In this document: positions 11,501 through 18,737 of the stretch, piece after piece
Layout of the letters: each line of letters opens with the position of its first letter
How positions within the stretch are numbered: the first letter of the stretch is position 1
Notes under the pieces: generated by a model
What the model was told of the DNA's origin: nothing
What the model saw: the letters and a program-made list of their open reading frames with translations, nothing else
Database searches by the model: none
Source of the DNA: Candidatus Woesearchaeota archaeon
Lineage (GTDB): Archaea > Nanobdellota > Nanobdellia > Pacearchaeales > GW2011-AR1
Assembly: GCA_964437455.1 (NCBI GenBank)
Contig: CAYTGG010000001.1
Coordinates: 20,930-84,929, forward strand
DNA length: 64,000 nucleotides
Direction of reading: 5' to 3'
Program-made: the position numbers and the translations under genes

Positions 11501-11678
11501 TGATATTTATTATAACGGATGGAATCGGGCTTTAAGATATTATAATGGATGGAATACAGATTGTAGTAAAGGAAATGTTAATTATGTAGAAGAATTAACA
11601 GGTAAAAAGGATAAATCTTATTCTGGAAATACTAAAGAGGAAGTAATTAAATTATTTCCTAATATCTGCGGAGAGTAA
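5523..11678 (+). CDS. Giant (2051 aa) Cys-rich secreted protein with C-terminal lytic transglycosylase (SLT)-like domain
   Basis: N-terminal signal peptide/TM; coiled-coil and Cys-rich core; C-terminal AMQESS, YGVMQIN, ENVRYGINYL and ALRYYNG motifs. Confidence 0.8.
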   Translation: MNKKILIIFGMFLLIGIFLIISISATYMRSNAAYTTSGTSFNYNYGYSGEWQVDSSMCEAGQDFVIQIAPFGCEPAVVRSDLLEEQNVPVYCQLGATKINPLIEVEAIESIDFSGNYPKEIAGVGFHPAKAALGLDGDLNSPILNNIGYVVILLRQQSNESEMPDYVSGNLTAKIRYDIEDAYGIGDATFYLPKLDDLEWNSRKNQYSFWKGRGYLRAEGIETDGASVSLYDGKMEKITSVNLKRGEISNKIYLPGFDCLAGLKLKLEGLEAPDTRAKLDINGEIIEVAKGEKFLEERCQIEDINKKGLIDFVEIKCREDEQGLFGGETFPLKISPKINLSIYNKEGNLIKKGSFDIGDYLYDYGHKRVYLGYANTFGYSNEEKDLYVHLVAIPSSVNKDKLTNEEIDSFTSYDKGVMGKEEVKSISNLIKSSFETYKSISINIGKWMIKGQNLRALSLEEGKTEIFDSQIQLHGFAGAQNIKFDNKKIEYYYEKSMESYDKIVNSYSNEKLPYGLYEEGITSGEEAFYRKISLAFSLGQKKTAYDLCEEFKQKYPNSEKNLNEFLNELYKFSNKELSSIDVIINGKSRKISFEGIFEPSINDYSAKIFIEGTDGKINEITLTKGQIYSLGELRGDKDFIYTSYLGEAYPLHFSFISNKWHWSFDKKIWKEVSIEEGNKIKENIDEYFTGKLIYPDFIPSSTIVNSEEIDSTKKLFYYLSNLDDINSFEKGKDKLSEEGYSGSVTEEYIKLVELEDNSAKLEFNLHPKGFWSTAKTVTISNDKGTLTEDTPEDFGSDFIFTLTDVTLKKSAKVSVIPTIDYAGSETNFSFKIGIDKRAIKLSPDKIEEKIENLNKSITDWEEKSEKLGKVVKGLKTACLATGLYLVTKNFLSNAGGKSIARQNIMRSKGGWNEECSKLVKEGNYSSLNECFTKNGDKIESDVNKYYEQLEKQNNEIKNMQEPFENKNWWGEKNVNTEEFKKVYCKNVRNELNGLESTKKIDLGGGQTKTVSEILNVIQNDCEGITVEQLRRMQLNYRLENIDLNLNVAGEQLDIDLANVWEDNYKEAERENFEKEAIEKGVMNPNAINIPSKDSIDIAYFGSKVASSSKLSIKEGTPIQLITFNHQEYYLELEETKKGELYIIKNVYNSGGSLLKENDLNVVSIKERVGTIKKYDKKSYENKYVNSVSDPKKPVLKYYETEPYKEMPALVPVDLDKGWYVSIKQTLPVMGNIQSYDKSGKVTSFYLCNIGENGKEEDRGGDDICEMINTGTGQPYNQFYGLDDSEALKIVKCAVESIEQASKQYGNSRVTIRNSCDTFTVYVGEPAVDVPDVQCQDFMSPKECQWLFNVCDPVICPSSRCNLGGNYHVADVIQSGIIGSIVLCFPNIGEGIYIPVCLTGVQAGLDAYLSVLKSYRDCLTDSLKEGELIGICDEIYSIHLCEFFWRQTLPLAEIAIPKLTEFAMGQNIHGGGEYLGVQAAWDNAGKSAEYFANYYASTSFEAFKSKIVEKVGSEICGSYSSAVYPEGGDLLDSLTEPDSPPQYYGRFDEITLTTVTNPPTSQYKVYYHIYAGKESRAYYQVYLKEGYKSSFYKDTSYNKIVDSGYISKGEYVSETKDFTAPSGYQQMCIVVNGKEECGFKQVSTSFAINYVEDKYLEEQASQKDITSEKECISGSASIYSVLNPNLQSAVEEMISPEIYNRGITRICATKNPGIGTDTNVEEKNSRWIDVGYCDDENMRCWLDLSSVKEVIEILYIENETLDSLTNKSLNALQSDGFLSEEKFKDILNEISQCETPEEKVNKIDKTLDEEDLLNSQKVRLFLQKGDICKELAEKSYGEENAKNILIKDSDEGPGVYDSDSDQLGDEEKRTCQELLGEEIIKIAREIKNEKNIDDSKVKNDTGVKNFECLILQLAMQESSLKHCKEIKEGDCLYCDGNLDKVLKASGDGKSYGVMQINLGAHSNIDVENFEENVRYGINYLISSYSETSKYYECLDIYYNGWNRALRYYNGWNTDCSKGNVNYVEELTGKKDKSYSGNTKEEVIKLFPNICGE

Positions 11679-11692
11679 ATAAAAATAAATAA

Positions 11693-11776
11693 TGTGGAAG
11701 AAAGGATTCGAACCTTCGCAGGCACTAAGCCACGAGGGCCTAAACCTCGCCCGTTTGACCACTCCGGCACTTCCAC
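11693..11776 (-). tRNA. tRNA-Leu(TAG)
   Basis: CGAGG-TTTAGGC-CCTCG anticodon arm, long variable arm, GGTTCGAATCC T-arm. Confidence 0.95.
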
Positions 11777-11842
11777 ATATTCTGCTCAAAACAGATACTA
11801 CTTAAATGAAAAAATTTATATAAAAACTTATGGTTATGCTTT

Positions 11843-12058
11843 ATGGAAAATTATTTTTCAACAATTTTTATTATTATTCTATCTTTAACAATTTTCTTAA
11901 TAATTATCAATCAACTTTTTTCTTTTAATTCTTTTTTAATTCTTTTATTATTTCTCTACTTGAATTTATTTGTGATTTATGATTATATATTAAAAAGAAG
12001 ACAAATTATTGAAAATCTAAAAGTGAGAAATAGAAAAAAAATTAGATTAGTGTGGTGA
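11843..12058 (+). CDS. Hypothetical small membrane protein
   Basis: Hydrophobic N-terminus, basic tail, TTTATATA about 19 nt upstream; could be spurious in AT-rich DNA. Confidence 0.4.
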   Translation: MENYFSTIFIIILSLTIFLIIINQLFSFNSFLILLLFLYLNLFVIYDYILKRRQIIENLKVRNRKKIRLVW

Positions 12059-12060
12059 TA

Positions 12061-12987
12061 TTATTTCTTTTTGTTGAGTTCTTTTTCTTTTTGTTTTATT
12101 TTCTCTTCTAATCTTAATTTTTCTATTAGTTCTTTGTATCTATTTCTTATTGTAACTTCTGTAATTCCTGCTATGTCTGCAACTTCTCTTTGTGTTTTTT
12201 TCTCATCATTTATTAACGCAGCAACATATAATGCAGCTGCAGCAATTCCTGCAGGACCTCTTCCTGATGTAAGTTCAACTTTCTCTGCTTGTTTTAAAAC
12301 TTTAAGAGCTTCATTTTGTGTTCTTGGAGATAATTTTAGAACAGAGGAAAATCTAGAGATATAATCCTCTGGAGAAGATTGTTTAACTTTAATTCCTAAT
12401 TTTCTTATTATAAATCTATAAGTTCTTCCAATTTCTTTTCTTTCAACATCTGAAGCTGTTGCCATTTCATCAAGAGTTCTTGGAATATTATAAGAGCGAC
12501 ATGCAGCATAAAGGCAAGCTGCTATTACAGATTCCATACTTCTTCCTCTTACTAATCCTCTTTGTAGGACATAATTATAGATTCTTGAAGCCTCATCTCT
12601 TACTACATTTGGAAGATTAAGATAAGAAGCAATAACTCTTAATTCAGCCATAGCTAATCTTAAATTTCTCTCAATAGAAGTTGAAACTCTTTCTTGCCAT
12701 TTCTTTAATCTTAGAAATTTTCTAGTCTGTCCTGGTTCTAATCTATAAATATCTGAAATTTCTCCAACATTAGTAGTTAAACCTTTATCAAATTTTTGCA
12801 TGCTCATAGGAGCTCCACCTCTACCCTTTTTTTCACTTTTATCAAATTTTCCTTGAAGGTCTACTCCTGTATCTACCATCTTCTCTTCTATAACTAATCC
12901 ACAATCTTTACAGATTAGTTCTCCGAGTTGAGGATTATAAACTATATTCACACTTCCACATTCGGGACATTGCTTAATATTTCCCAT
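12061..12987 (-). CDS. tfb: Transcription initiation factor IIB
   Basis: CPECG zinc ribbon, ERNL, GRS.E..AACLY, GITEVTIRNRYKEL. Confidence 0.97.
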   Translation of the reverse strand: MGNIKQCPECGSVNIVYNPQLGELICKDCGLVIEEKMVDTGVDLQGKFDKSEKKGRGGAPMSMQKFDKGLTTNVGEISDIYRLEPGQTRKFLRLKKWQERVSTSIERNLRLAMAELRVIASYLNLPNVVRDEASRIYNYVLQRGLVRGRSMESVIAACLYAACRSYNIPRTLDEMATASDVERKEIGRTYRFIIRKLGIKVKQSSPEDYISRFSSVLKLSPRTQNEALKVLKQAEKVELTSGRGPAGIAAAALYVAALINDEKKTQREVADIAGITEVTIRNRYKELIEKLRLEEKIKQKEKELNKKK

Positions 12988-13107
12988 ATTTTTACTACCG
13001 TAAGATTTATAAAGAGTTAGCTTTTATAAAGCTTTCTATTTTTATAGTTATGGAATAATAGTAAAAAATACTTTCTGAGAATTAATTATTTTTATTTTTA
13101 ATTAACT

Positions 13108-13476
13108 TTATTCTATTAAAATTCCATTTAGAATACTCTCTTGACTTGGTTTGTTGGTTATTTTAACTTTTCCAAGATCTGTCTTTACAATAGTCCCTTT
13201 AGTTAATACATTCTGTCTTGCTAAAAATCTATTAGAAGGAGTTTCAAGAACATTCTTTATTTCAACTTTTTCTGCTTTTCTTCCTTTAATCTGAACATTT
13301 ATAAATTTGCCTTTTAAAAGTATCAATTTTTTATTTCCTCCAGAAATTTTTTTAGTTTTTATTTTTTCTTCTCCCAATTTAACTATATTTTTCTGACCTC
13401 CTCTTTCATATTTTTTCTTCTTTCTTTCTTTAATATACTTCTTTCCTGTTTTCTTTTTTCCTTTATTTATCGTCAT
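13108..13476 (-). CDS. rps8e: 30S ribosomal protein eS8
   Basis: KKTG..Y..RKKKKYE.G; R.NVLTKGTIV.T.LG...T..P.Q. Confidence 0.9.
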   Translation of the reverse strand: MTINKGKKKTGKKYIKERKKKKYERGGQKNIVKLGEEKIKTKKISGGNKKLILLKGKFINVQIKGRKAEKVEIKNVLETPSNRFLARQNVLTKGTIVKTDLGKVKITNKPSQESILNGILIE

Positions 13477-13582
13477 ATTGAAAATGAATAAAATTTATTT
13501 AAATATGTTTCTGTTTTAATTCTATAAATATAGATTATTTCAATATAAAAAAGTTTAAAAACATATATCTACAAAGCTAATT

Positions 13583-13831
13583 ATGGCTAACGGAATTGAG
13601 AGACCATTGGATTTGTTAAATAATTCCAAAGGAAGAGAAGTTTTAGTTCACCTAAAAGGAGATAAACAGTTTGTAGGAACTCTATTAGCTTTTGATATTC
13701 ATCTCAACTTAGTTCTTGATAATATCAAAGAGATGCAGAATGGAGAAATAAAAAAGAATTTAGGTTTAACTTTCTTAAGAGGAGATACAATAATATTTAT
13801 ATCTCCAGCTTCTACTGCTTTGAAAGAATAA
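13583..13831 (+). CDS. Sm-like (Lsm/SmAP) RNA-binding protein
   Basis: RPLDLL...G.L.AFDIHLNLVL...LRGD Sm1/Sm2 motifs. Confidence 0.93.
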   Translation: MANGIERPLDLLNNSKGREVLVHLKGDKQFVGTLLAFDIHLNLVLDNIKEMQNGEIKKNLGLTFLRGDTIIFISPASTALKE

Positions 13832-13963
13832 ATTTAATCTCTTAAATTAATAATAAATTGAAAATTATCTTAGAAATTACTAAATAAGTTGTTAAACTCT
13901 TCTTACTAATTTGTTCTCTTTTAATCTCGATACTTATTTAAATTATATTATCTTTTTTAAATT

Positions 13964-14875
13964 ATGTCAGAAAAAATAAAGCTTACCTTTCTTGGAACTG
14001 CTGATGCAATACCTAGTGCTAAAAGAAATCATACTTCTATTTTATTAAATTATAAAGAAGAGAACATATTAATTGATTGTGGTGAAGGAACTCAAAGGCA
14101 ATTTAGAAAGAAAAAATTAAATCCTTGTAAGGTTACTCGTATTTTAATAACTCATTGGCATGGAGATCATGTTTTAGGTATTCCTGGTTTATTATCTACT
14201 TTAGCATTTAGTGGTTATAATAAGACTCTTTATATCTATGGGCCTCAAGGAACTGAACTTTCTATAAAAAGAATTCTAGAATTATTTAATTTTAAAAGAG
14301 ATTATGAGATTAAAGTTGAGGAAATTAAAGGAGAAGGTAGAATATTTTTTGAAAATGATGATTTCTATTTAGAAGCAGAATCTATGACTCATAGAATTCC
14401 TTGTAATTCTTATACTTTTGTCAAAAAAGGTTTGAGAAAAATAGATAAAAAAAAATTGTTAAAAGTAAAATTACCTGCTGGACCTTTATTAAAAAAATTA
14501 AAAGAAGGAGAGAATATAATATATCAAGGAAAGAAGTTTTATTCTAAAGATTTAACTTTTGAGGAAAAAAATAAAAAAATCTCTTTTGTTTTGGATACCT
14601 CCTTAAATAATAAAATTGTCCCTTTTGTAAAAAACTCTGATTTATTAATTTGTGAATCTACTTTTGGTTCTGAACTTGAGGAACATGCTAAAAAATATAA
14701 ACATCTTACTTCTATCCAATCTGCACAAATTGCAAAAAGTGCTAAAGTTAAAGAACTTATTCTGATTCATATAAGTCAAAGATATAAAAATTCTAAAAAA
14801 ATTCTACAGGAAGCAAAAAAGATTTTTAAGAATGTTCAAATAGCAGAAGATTTTGATAGAATAGAAATAGAATAG
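13964..14875 (+). CDS. rnz: Ribonuclease Z
   Basis: DCGEGTQ, THWHGDH, GP exosite arm, EST, HxT and HISQRY motifs. Confidence 0.95.
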   Translation: MSEKIKLTFLGTADAIPSAKRNHTSILLNYKEENILIDCGEGTQRQFRKKKLNPCKVTRILITHWHGDHVLGIPGLLSTLAFSGYNKTLYIYGPQGTELSIKRILELFNFKRDYEIKVEEIKGEGRIFFENDDFYLEAESMTHRIPCNSYTFVKKGLRKIDKKKLLKVKLPAGPLLKKLKEGENIIYQGKKFYSKDLTFEEKNKKISFVLDTSLNNKIVPFVKNSDLLICESTFGSELEEHAKKYKHLTSIQSAQIAKSAKVKELILIHISQRYKNSKKILQEAKKIFKNVQIAEDFDRIEIE

Positions 14876-14912
14876 AAAACCTTTTAATAGTTTTTATTTC
14901 TTCTTTTTCTAT

Positions 14913-14986
14913 GCCTCCGTAGCTCAGCTGGATAGAGCATTAGCCTTCTAAGCTAGGGGTCGCAGGTTCGAATCCTGTCGGGGGCA
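14913..14986 (+). tRNA. tRNA-Arg(TCT)
   Basis: GCCTCCG...TTAGC-CTTCTAA-GCTAG...GGTTCGAATCC...CGGGGGC-A. Confidence 0.96.
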
Positions 14987-15046
14987 TTTTTATATTTTAT
15001 TTATTATCCAAAAATTTTAATACTCTGTAATTCTCTAAAAAAATAT

Positions 15047-15245
15047 GCGGAGATGGCACAGCGGCTACTGCAATCGGTTGCAGCTGAGGGGCACCAAGGT
15101 TCCCCTTACACTAACTCTTCCTTTTTGGAAAGAAGAAATGTAAGGAATTAAATGGCCTAAACCTCTTACACTAACTCTTCCTTTTTCGGAAGGGAAAGGA
15201 AAGGCAAAACCCGATTTTTCGTGGGTTCGAGTCCCACTCTCCGCT
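15047..15245 (+). tRNA. tRNA-Cys(GCA) with 126-nt intron at 37/38 (15084-15209)
   Basis: 5' exon ends ATCGG-TTGCAG; 3' exon C-CCGAT...GGTTCGAGTCC...TCTCCGC-T; TTGC (32-35) pairs with intron GCAA (15204-15207) flanked by 3-nt bulges (relaxed BHB). Confidence 0.9.
15105..15186 (+). repeat. 22-nt direct repeat within tRNA-Cys intron
   Basis: CTTACACTAACTCTTCCTTTTT at 15105-15126 and 15165-15186 (60-nt period). Confidence 0.9.
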
Positions 15246-15263
15246 TTAAATAGATTAATAAAA

Positions 15264-15300
15264 TAATAAATTGGACGAAGAAAGGATGCTGGATCGAAAA
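15264..15300 (+). repeat. tRNA-downstream 37-nt motif, copy 1
   Basis: TAATAAATTGGACGAAGAAAGGATGCTGGATCGAAAA; 35/37 identical to reverse complement of 52310-52346. Confidence 0.9.
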
Positions 15301-15373
15301 TTTTACACAGATTTAAATAAAAATTTATGAAGATTTAGAAAAATAAATAAATCTTAATCTATTTATTATAAAG

Positions 15374-15610
15374 ATGTATGATAAAATTTTTTTGATAGGA
15401 ATACTCTTTATTCTTTTTGGAATTCTATTAATAATTCTAGGAGGTTTTATTGGAATTTCTGGAGAGAATAGTAAAACTAATCTTGCTATAGGAGGATTTA
15501 TCGGGCCTATTCCGTTTGGTTTTTTTACAAATAAAAAAATGTTTTGGATTTTTTGTATACTATTTCTTGTTAGTTTTTTATTCTGGTTTTTATTGAGAAA
15601 TAAAATTTGA
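15374..15610 (+). CDS. DUF131/TIGR00304-like membrane protein
   Basis: GGFIGPIPFGF motif between TM helices. Confidence 0.75.
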   Translation: MYDKIFLIGILFILFGILLIILGGFIGISGENSKTNLAIGGFIGPIPFGFFTNKKMFWIFCILFLVSFLFWFLLRNKI

Positions 15611-15694
15611 GATTTAATTTATTTAATTTTATGTAATTTTTTAATATCTAAAAATTTTTAAAGCAGATACTCTTAATTTTTATTAAGAAAAAAG

Positions 15695-17194
15695 ATGAAA
15701 ATAAAAATAAAAAAAGAGGATGTTTATCTAATCATTGCAATTATAATTGCTTTAGGAACTATATTTCTTACATATTTGGGAGGAAAATCAACAGGTTTTG
15801 GAATTCTAGAAGATTATAATACAGAAGAAGAATGTGTAATTTCAGGATATTCTTGGATAAATGAAACTAACACAACTTGTACAAATATAACCACTTGTAT
15901 AAATGAAACAATTGAACAGTGTGAATGTTTAGAATATGAAATCATTAATGAAACAACTAATGAAACTGGAGACTGTATTAATTGGTCTTCTTTTGTTAAT
16001 GAAACCTGTTCTGAACAAGAAAATTGTGTAGAAGCTGTGATTGGAGGATATTGTACTGGAGATTGTAGCCCTTCTCATTTAGAGTTATGTAATGAAACAA
16101 ATTGTGAGGATATTGGAGGAGGATATTGGTATGATGAAACTTGTAATGTAGAAGAAGAATCTTCTTGTAGCAATAATTTAGAATTATGTAATGAAACAAA
16201 TTGTGAGGATATTGGAGGAGGATATTGGTATGATGAAACTTGTAATGAGGATGAATGTGATTCAGATGAACAATGTGATTCTGGTTATGAATGTGATGAT
16301 GGAGAATGTGTAATTTTAGAAAATGAAACTGAAATCTCTGAAGAAACTGAAACAACAGAATCTGCTTCTGAAAGTTCTGAAATTTCTGAGAGTATTACTC
16401 AAATAACTCCTAATTCTGAAGAGGTAATTTCCACAACAGAATTAACTATTTATGATATTTCAAAAATAGAATTAAAATCTTTACAATCTCAGGAAAATGT
16501 TTTGATAGCTAAAAATACAGGAACAGAACCTTTAAGCTCTTGTATACTTAAAGCTACAGGAGATTTATCTGATTGGATTAGTATTTCTGGAGAATCTAAG
16601 AATATAGGCTCTGGAGAAGAAAAGTCATTTAATTTTGTCTTGAATATTCCTGAAGGAACTAATCCCGGATCTTACAATATGGGTCTTTCAATAGAGTGCT
16701 CTGAATTAAGCAAAGGAAAAGAATTTTCTGTTAGTGTTATTAAAGAAACTTTTGAATTTGATCTTCTTAAAGTAAAGAAAATAAGAGATGAAAGAGTTAA
16801 AGCAGAATATACTCTTTCAGATTTATCAGGATTAGACCAAAGTATTAAATTAGATTTTAAACTTATAGATAATCAAAGTAAAAAAGTTTCTGAAACCACT
16901 GAGTTCAAAAATCTAAGTGCTAATCTTTCAAACAAGTTTTATACCCTTTTAGAAATTAATGAATCAGTAGAGGGAAATTTAACTTTAATGGTAGACTTAA
17001 ACTCAGAAACTTATTCAAGTTCTGTCCAAGAGCCAATAGTTCTTACTTCTCCACCAATTTTAGGTTTTGCTGTCTTTGATAACATAGGAGATTTAGGAAA
17101 CATAATTCTTTTAGTATCTTCTTTACTAGTATTATTTCTCTTAATCTTTTTAATAAGAAGAATTAGAAAGAGATCTAAAAAGAAAAATTCTTAA
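15695..17194 (+). CDS. Cys-rich acidic membrane-anchored surface glycoprotein
   Basis: N- and C-terminal TM; many N-E-T sequons; duplicated LELCNETNCEDIGGGYWYDETCN; Ser/Glu/Thr linker; Ig/NEW3-like segment (IPEGTNPGSY). Confidence 0.75.
   Translation: MKIKIKKEDVYLIIAIIIALGTIFLTYLGGKSTGFGILEDYNTEEECVISGYSWINETNTTCTNITTCINETIEQCECLEYEIINETTNETGDCINWSSFVNETCSEQENCVEAVIGGYCTGDCSPSHLELCNETNCEDIGGGYWYDETCNVEEESSCSNNLELCNETNCEDIGGGYWYDETCNEDECDSDEQCDSGYECDDGECVILENETEISEETETTESASESSEISESITQITPNSEEVISTTELTIYDISKIELKSLQSQENVLIAKNTGTEPLSSCILKATGDLSDWISISGESKNIGSGEEKSFNFVLNIPEGTNPGSYNMGLSIECSELSKGKEFSVSVIKETFEFDLLKVKKIRDERVKAEYTLSDLSGLDQSIKLDFKLIDNQSKKVSETTEFKNLSANLSNKFYTLLEINESVEGNLTLMVDLNSETYSSSVQEPIVLTSPPILGFAVFDNIGDLGNIILLVSSLLVLFLLIFLIRRIRKRSKKKNS
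16085..16247 (+). repeat. Intragenic 64-nt perfect direct repeat
   Basis: 16085-16148 identical to 16184-16247; 99-nt period keeps frame. Confidence 0.9.
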
Positions 17195-17218
17195 AAACTC
17201 TTTTTTATACTATTACTA

Positions 17219-18673
17219 ATGGAAGAAAATCTCACAATAGAAGAACTTGCTAATTTTTGCAAGAGAAAAGGTTTTGTTTTTAGAAACTCTGATATTTATG
17301 GAGGTATAGCAGGTTTTTGGGATTTTGGCCCTTTAGGTATTGAATTATTTAATAATATAAAACAAAACTGGTGGAGTTATTTTGTTAATCAAAGAGAGGA
17401 TATAATTGGTATAGATTCTAGTATTATCTCTCATCCTAAGATATGGGAAGCTTCAGGACATTTAAGTAATTTTAAAGATATTGCAGTAATCTGTAAAAAA
17501 TGTAGAAAGTCTACTAAAATAGATCCAAATGAATTTGGAATAGTTAAATGTGAATGTGGAGGAGAATATGAAAAGCAAGGAGAGTTTCATTTATTATTTA
17601 AAACTGAAATAGGAGCATTAGATAAACAAGAAGCTTATCTTAGAGGAGAAACTGCTCAAGGTATGTTTACTGATTTTAAAATTATACAACAAACTTCTAG
17701 AATGCAACTTCCCTTTGGTATAGCACAGATTGGAAAAGTCTTTAGAAATGAAATAGCTCCAAGAGATTTTCTGTTCCGTTCAAGAGAGTTTCATATAGGA
17801 GAATTTGAATTTTTTATAAATCCAAAAGAAAAAAAATGTAATTTATTAGATAAAGAACATCTTGAATTAAACTTTAATTTTTTGGACGAAGAATCTCAAA
17901 AGAAAGGAAAATATCTTCCTAAAGAGGTTAAAATAAAAGATTTGATTTCTAAGAAGAAATTAGGAGAATGGCATGCTTATTGGTTAGCAGAACAAATAAA
18001 ATGGTTTAAGAGTTTAGGATTGAGCGAGATTAAAATAAGAGAACATACTAAAGAGGAATTGTCTCATTATTCTTCTGGAACTTTTGATATTGATTATGAA
18101 TATTCTTTTGGAAGTAAAGAGGTTGCTGGAAATGCAGATAGAGGACAATTTGATTTAACTCAACATCAAAAAGAGAGTAAAAAAGATTTGGAGATATTTG
18201 ATGATAAAACAGGAAAAAAAGTTATTCCTTTAGTTATAGAACCTACATTTGGTATGGAAAGAGTATTTCTAGCAATATTAACAAAAGCATATTCCTATGA
18301 TAAAGAGAGAAAGAATATAGTATTGAAATTACCTCCAAGTTTAGCTCCAATAAAGGCAGCCATTCTTCCTATTGTAAAAAATAAGAAAGAATTTATAGAT
18401 CTATCTAAAGAAGTTTATGATTCTCTAAAAAAAGAATTTAATGTTGTTCAGGATGTTTCAGGAAGCATAGGAAGAAGATATTCTAGAAATGATGAAATAG
18501 GAACTCCTTATTGTATAACTATTGATGGAGATTCCTTAAGAAATAAAGATGTTACTATTAGAAATAGGGACGATACAAAACAAATTCGTGTTAAAATTTC
18601 AGAACTAAAGACTATTTTAAAAAGTTTGATTGATGAAGAAGTTGATTTTGAGAAATGTGGTAGAATTATATGA
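17219..18673 (+). CDS. glyS: Glycine--tRNA ligase (alpha2 type)
   Basis: YLRGETAQG, GKVFRNEI.PR, VIEPTFG.ER, SIGRRY.R.DEIGTP. Confidence 0.96.
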   Translation: MEENLTIEELANFCKRKGFVFRNSDIYGGIAGFWDFGPLGIELFNNIKQNWWSYFVNQREDIIGIDSSIISHPKIWEASGHLSNFKDIAVICKKCRKSTKIDPNEFGIVKCECGGEYEKQGEFHLLFKTEIGALDKQEAYLRGETAQGMFTDFKIIQQTSRMQLPFGIAQIGKVFRNEIAPRDFLFRSREFHIGEFEFFINPKEKKCNLLDKEHLELNFNFLDEESQKKGKYLPKEVKIKDLISKKKLGEWHAYWLAEQIKWFKSLGLSEIKIREHTKEELSHYSSGTFDIDYEYSFGSKEVAGNADRGQFDLTQHQKESKKDLEIFDDKTGKKVIPLVIEPTFGMERVFLAILTKAYSYDKERKNIVLKLPPSLAPIKAAILPIVKNKKEFIDLSKEVYDSLKKEFNVVQDVSGSIGRRYSRNDEIGTPYCITIDGDSLRNKDVTIRNRDDTKQIRVKISELKTILKSLIDEEVDFEKCGRII

Positions 18674-18737
18674 ATAACTAAGAGAGATTTTTAAATTAGA
18701 GAAAAAGATATAAAAACATAAATTTATTCTTTTTATA

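Noticed and set aside
3060..11693. Giant-protein operon as an integrated mobile island
   Set aside because: Flanked by tRNAs, but no integrase, no duplicated tRNA end, and composition looks native.
11694..11888. 64-aa plus-strand ORF
   Set aside because: Antisense to tRNA-Leu; no protein features.
15084..15209. Group I/II intron, homing endonuclease, or firm C/D box RNA in tRNA-Cys
   Set aside because: Too short, no ORF, BHB-type junction; only a lone CTGA with no convincing box C.
15996..16355. His-rich 119-aa minus-strand ORF with repeats
   Set aside because: Shadow of the TGT/GAT/GAA-rich repeat region of the surface protein on the + strand.
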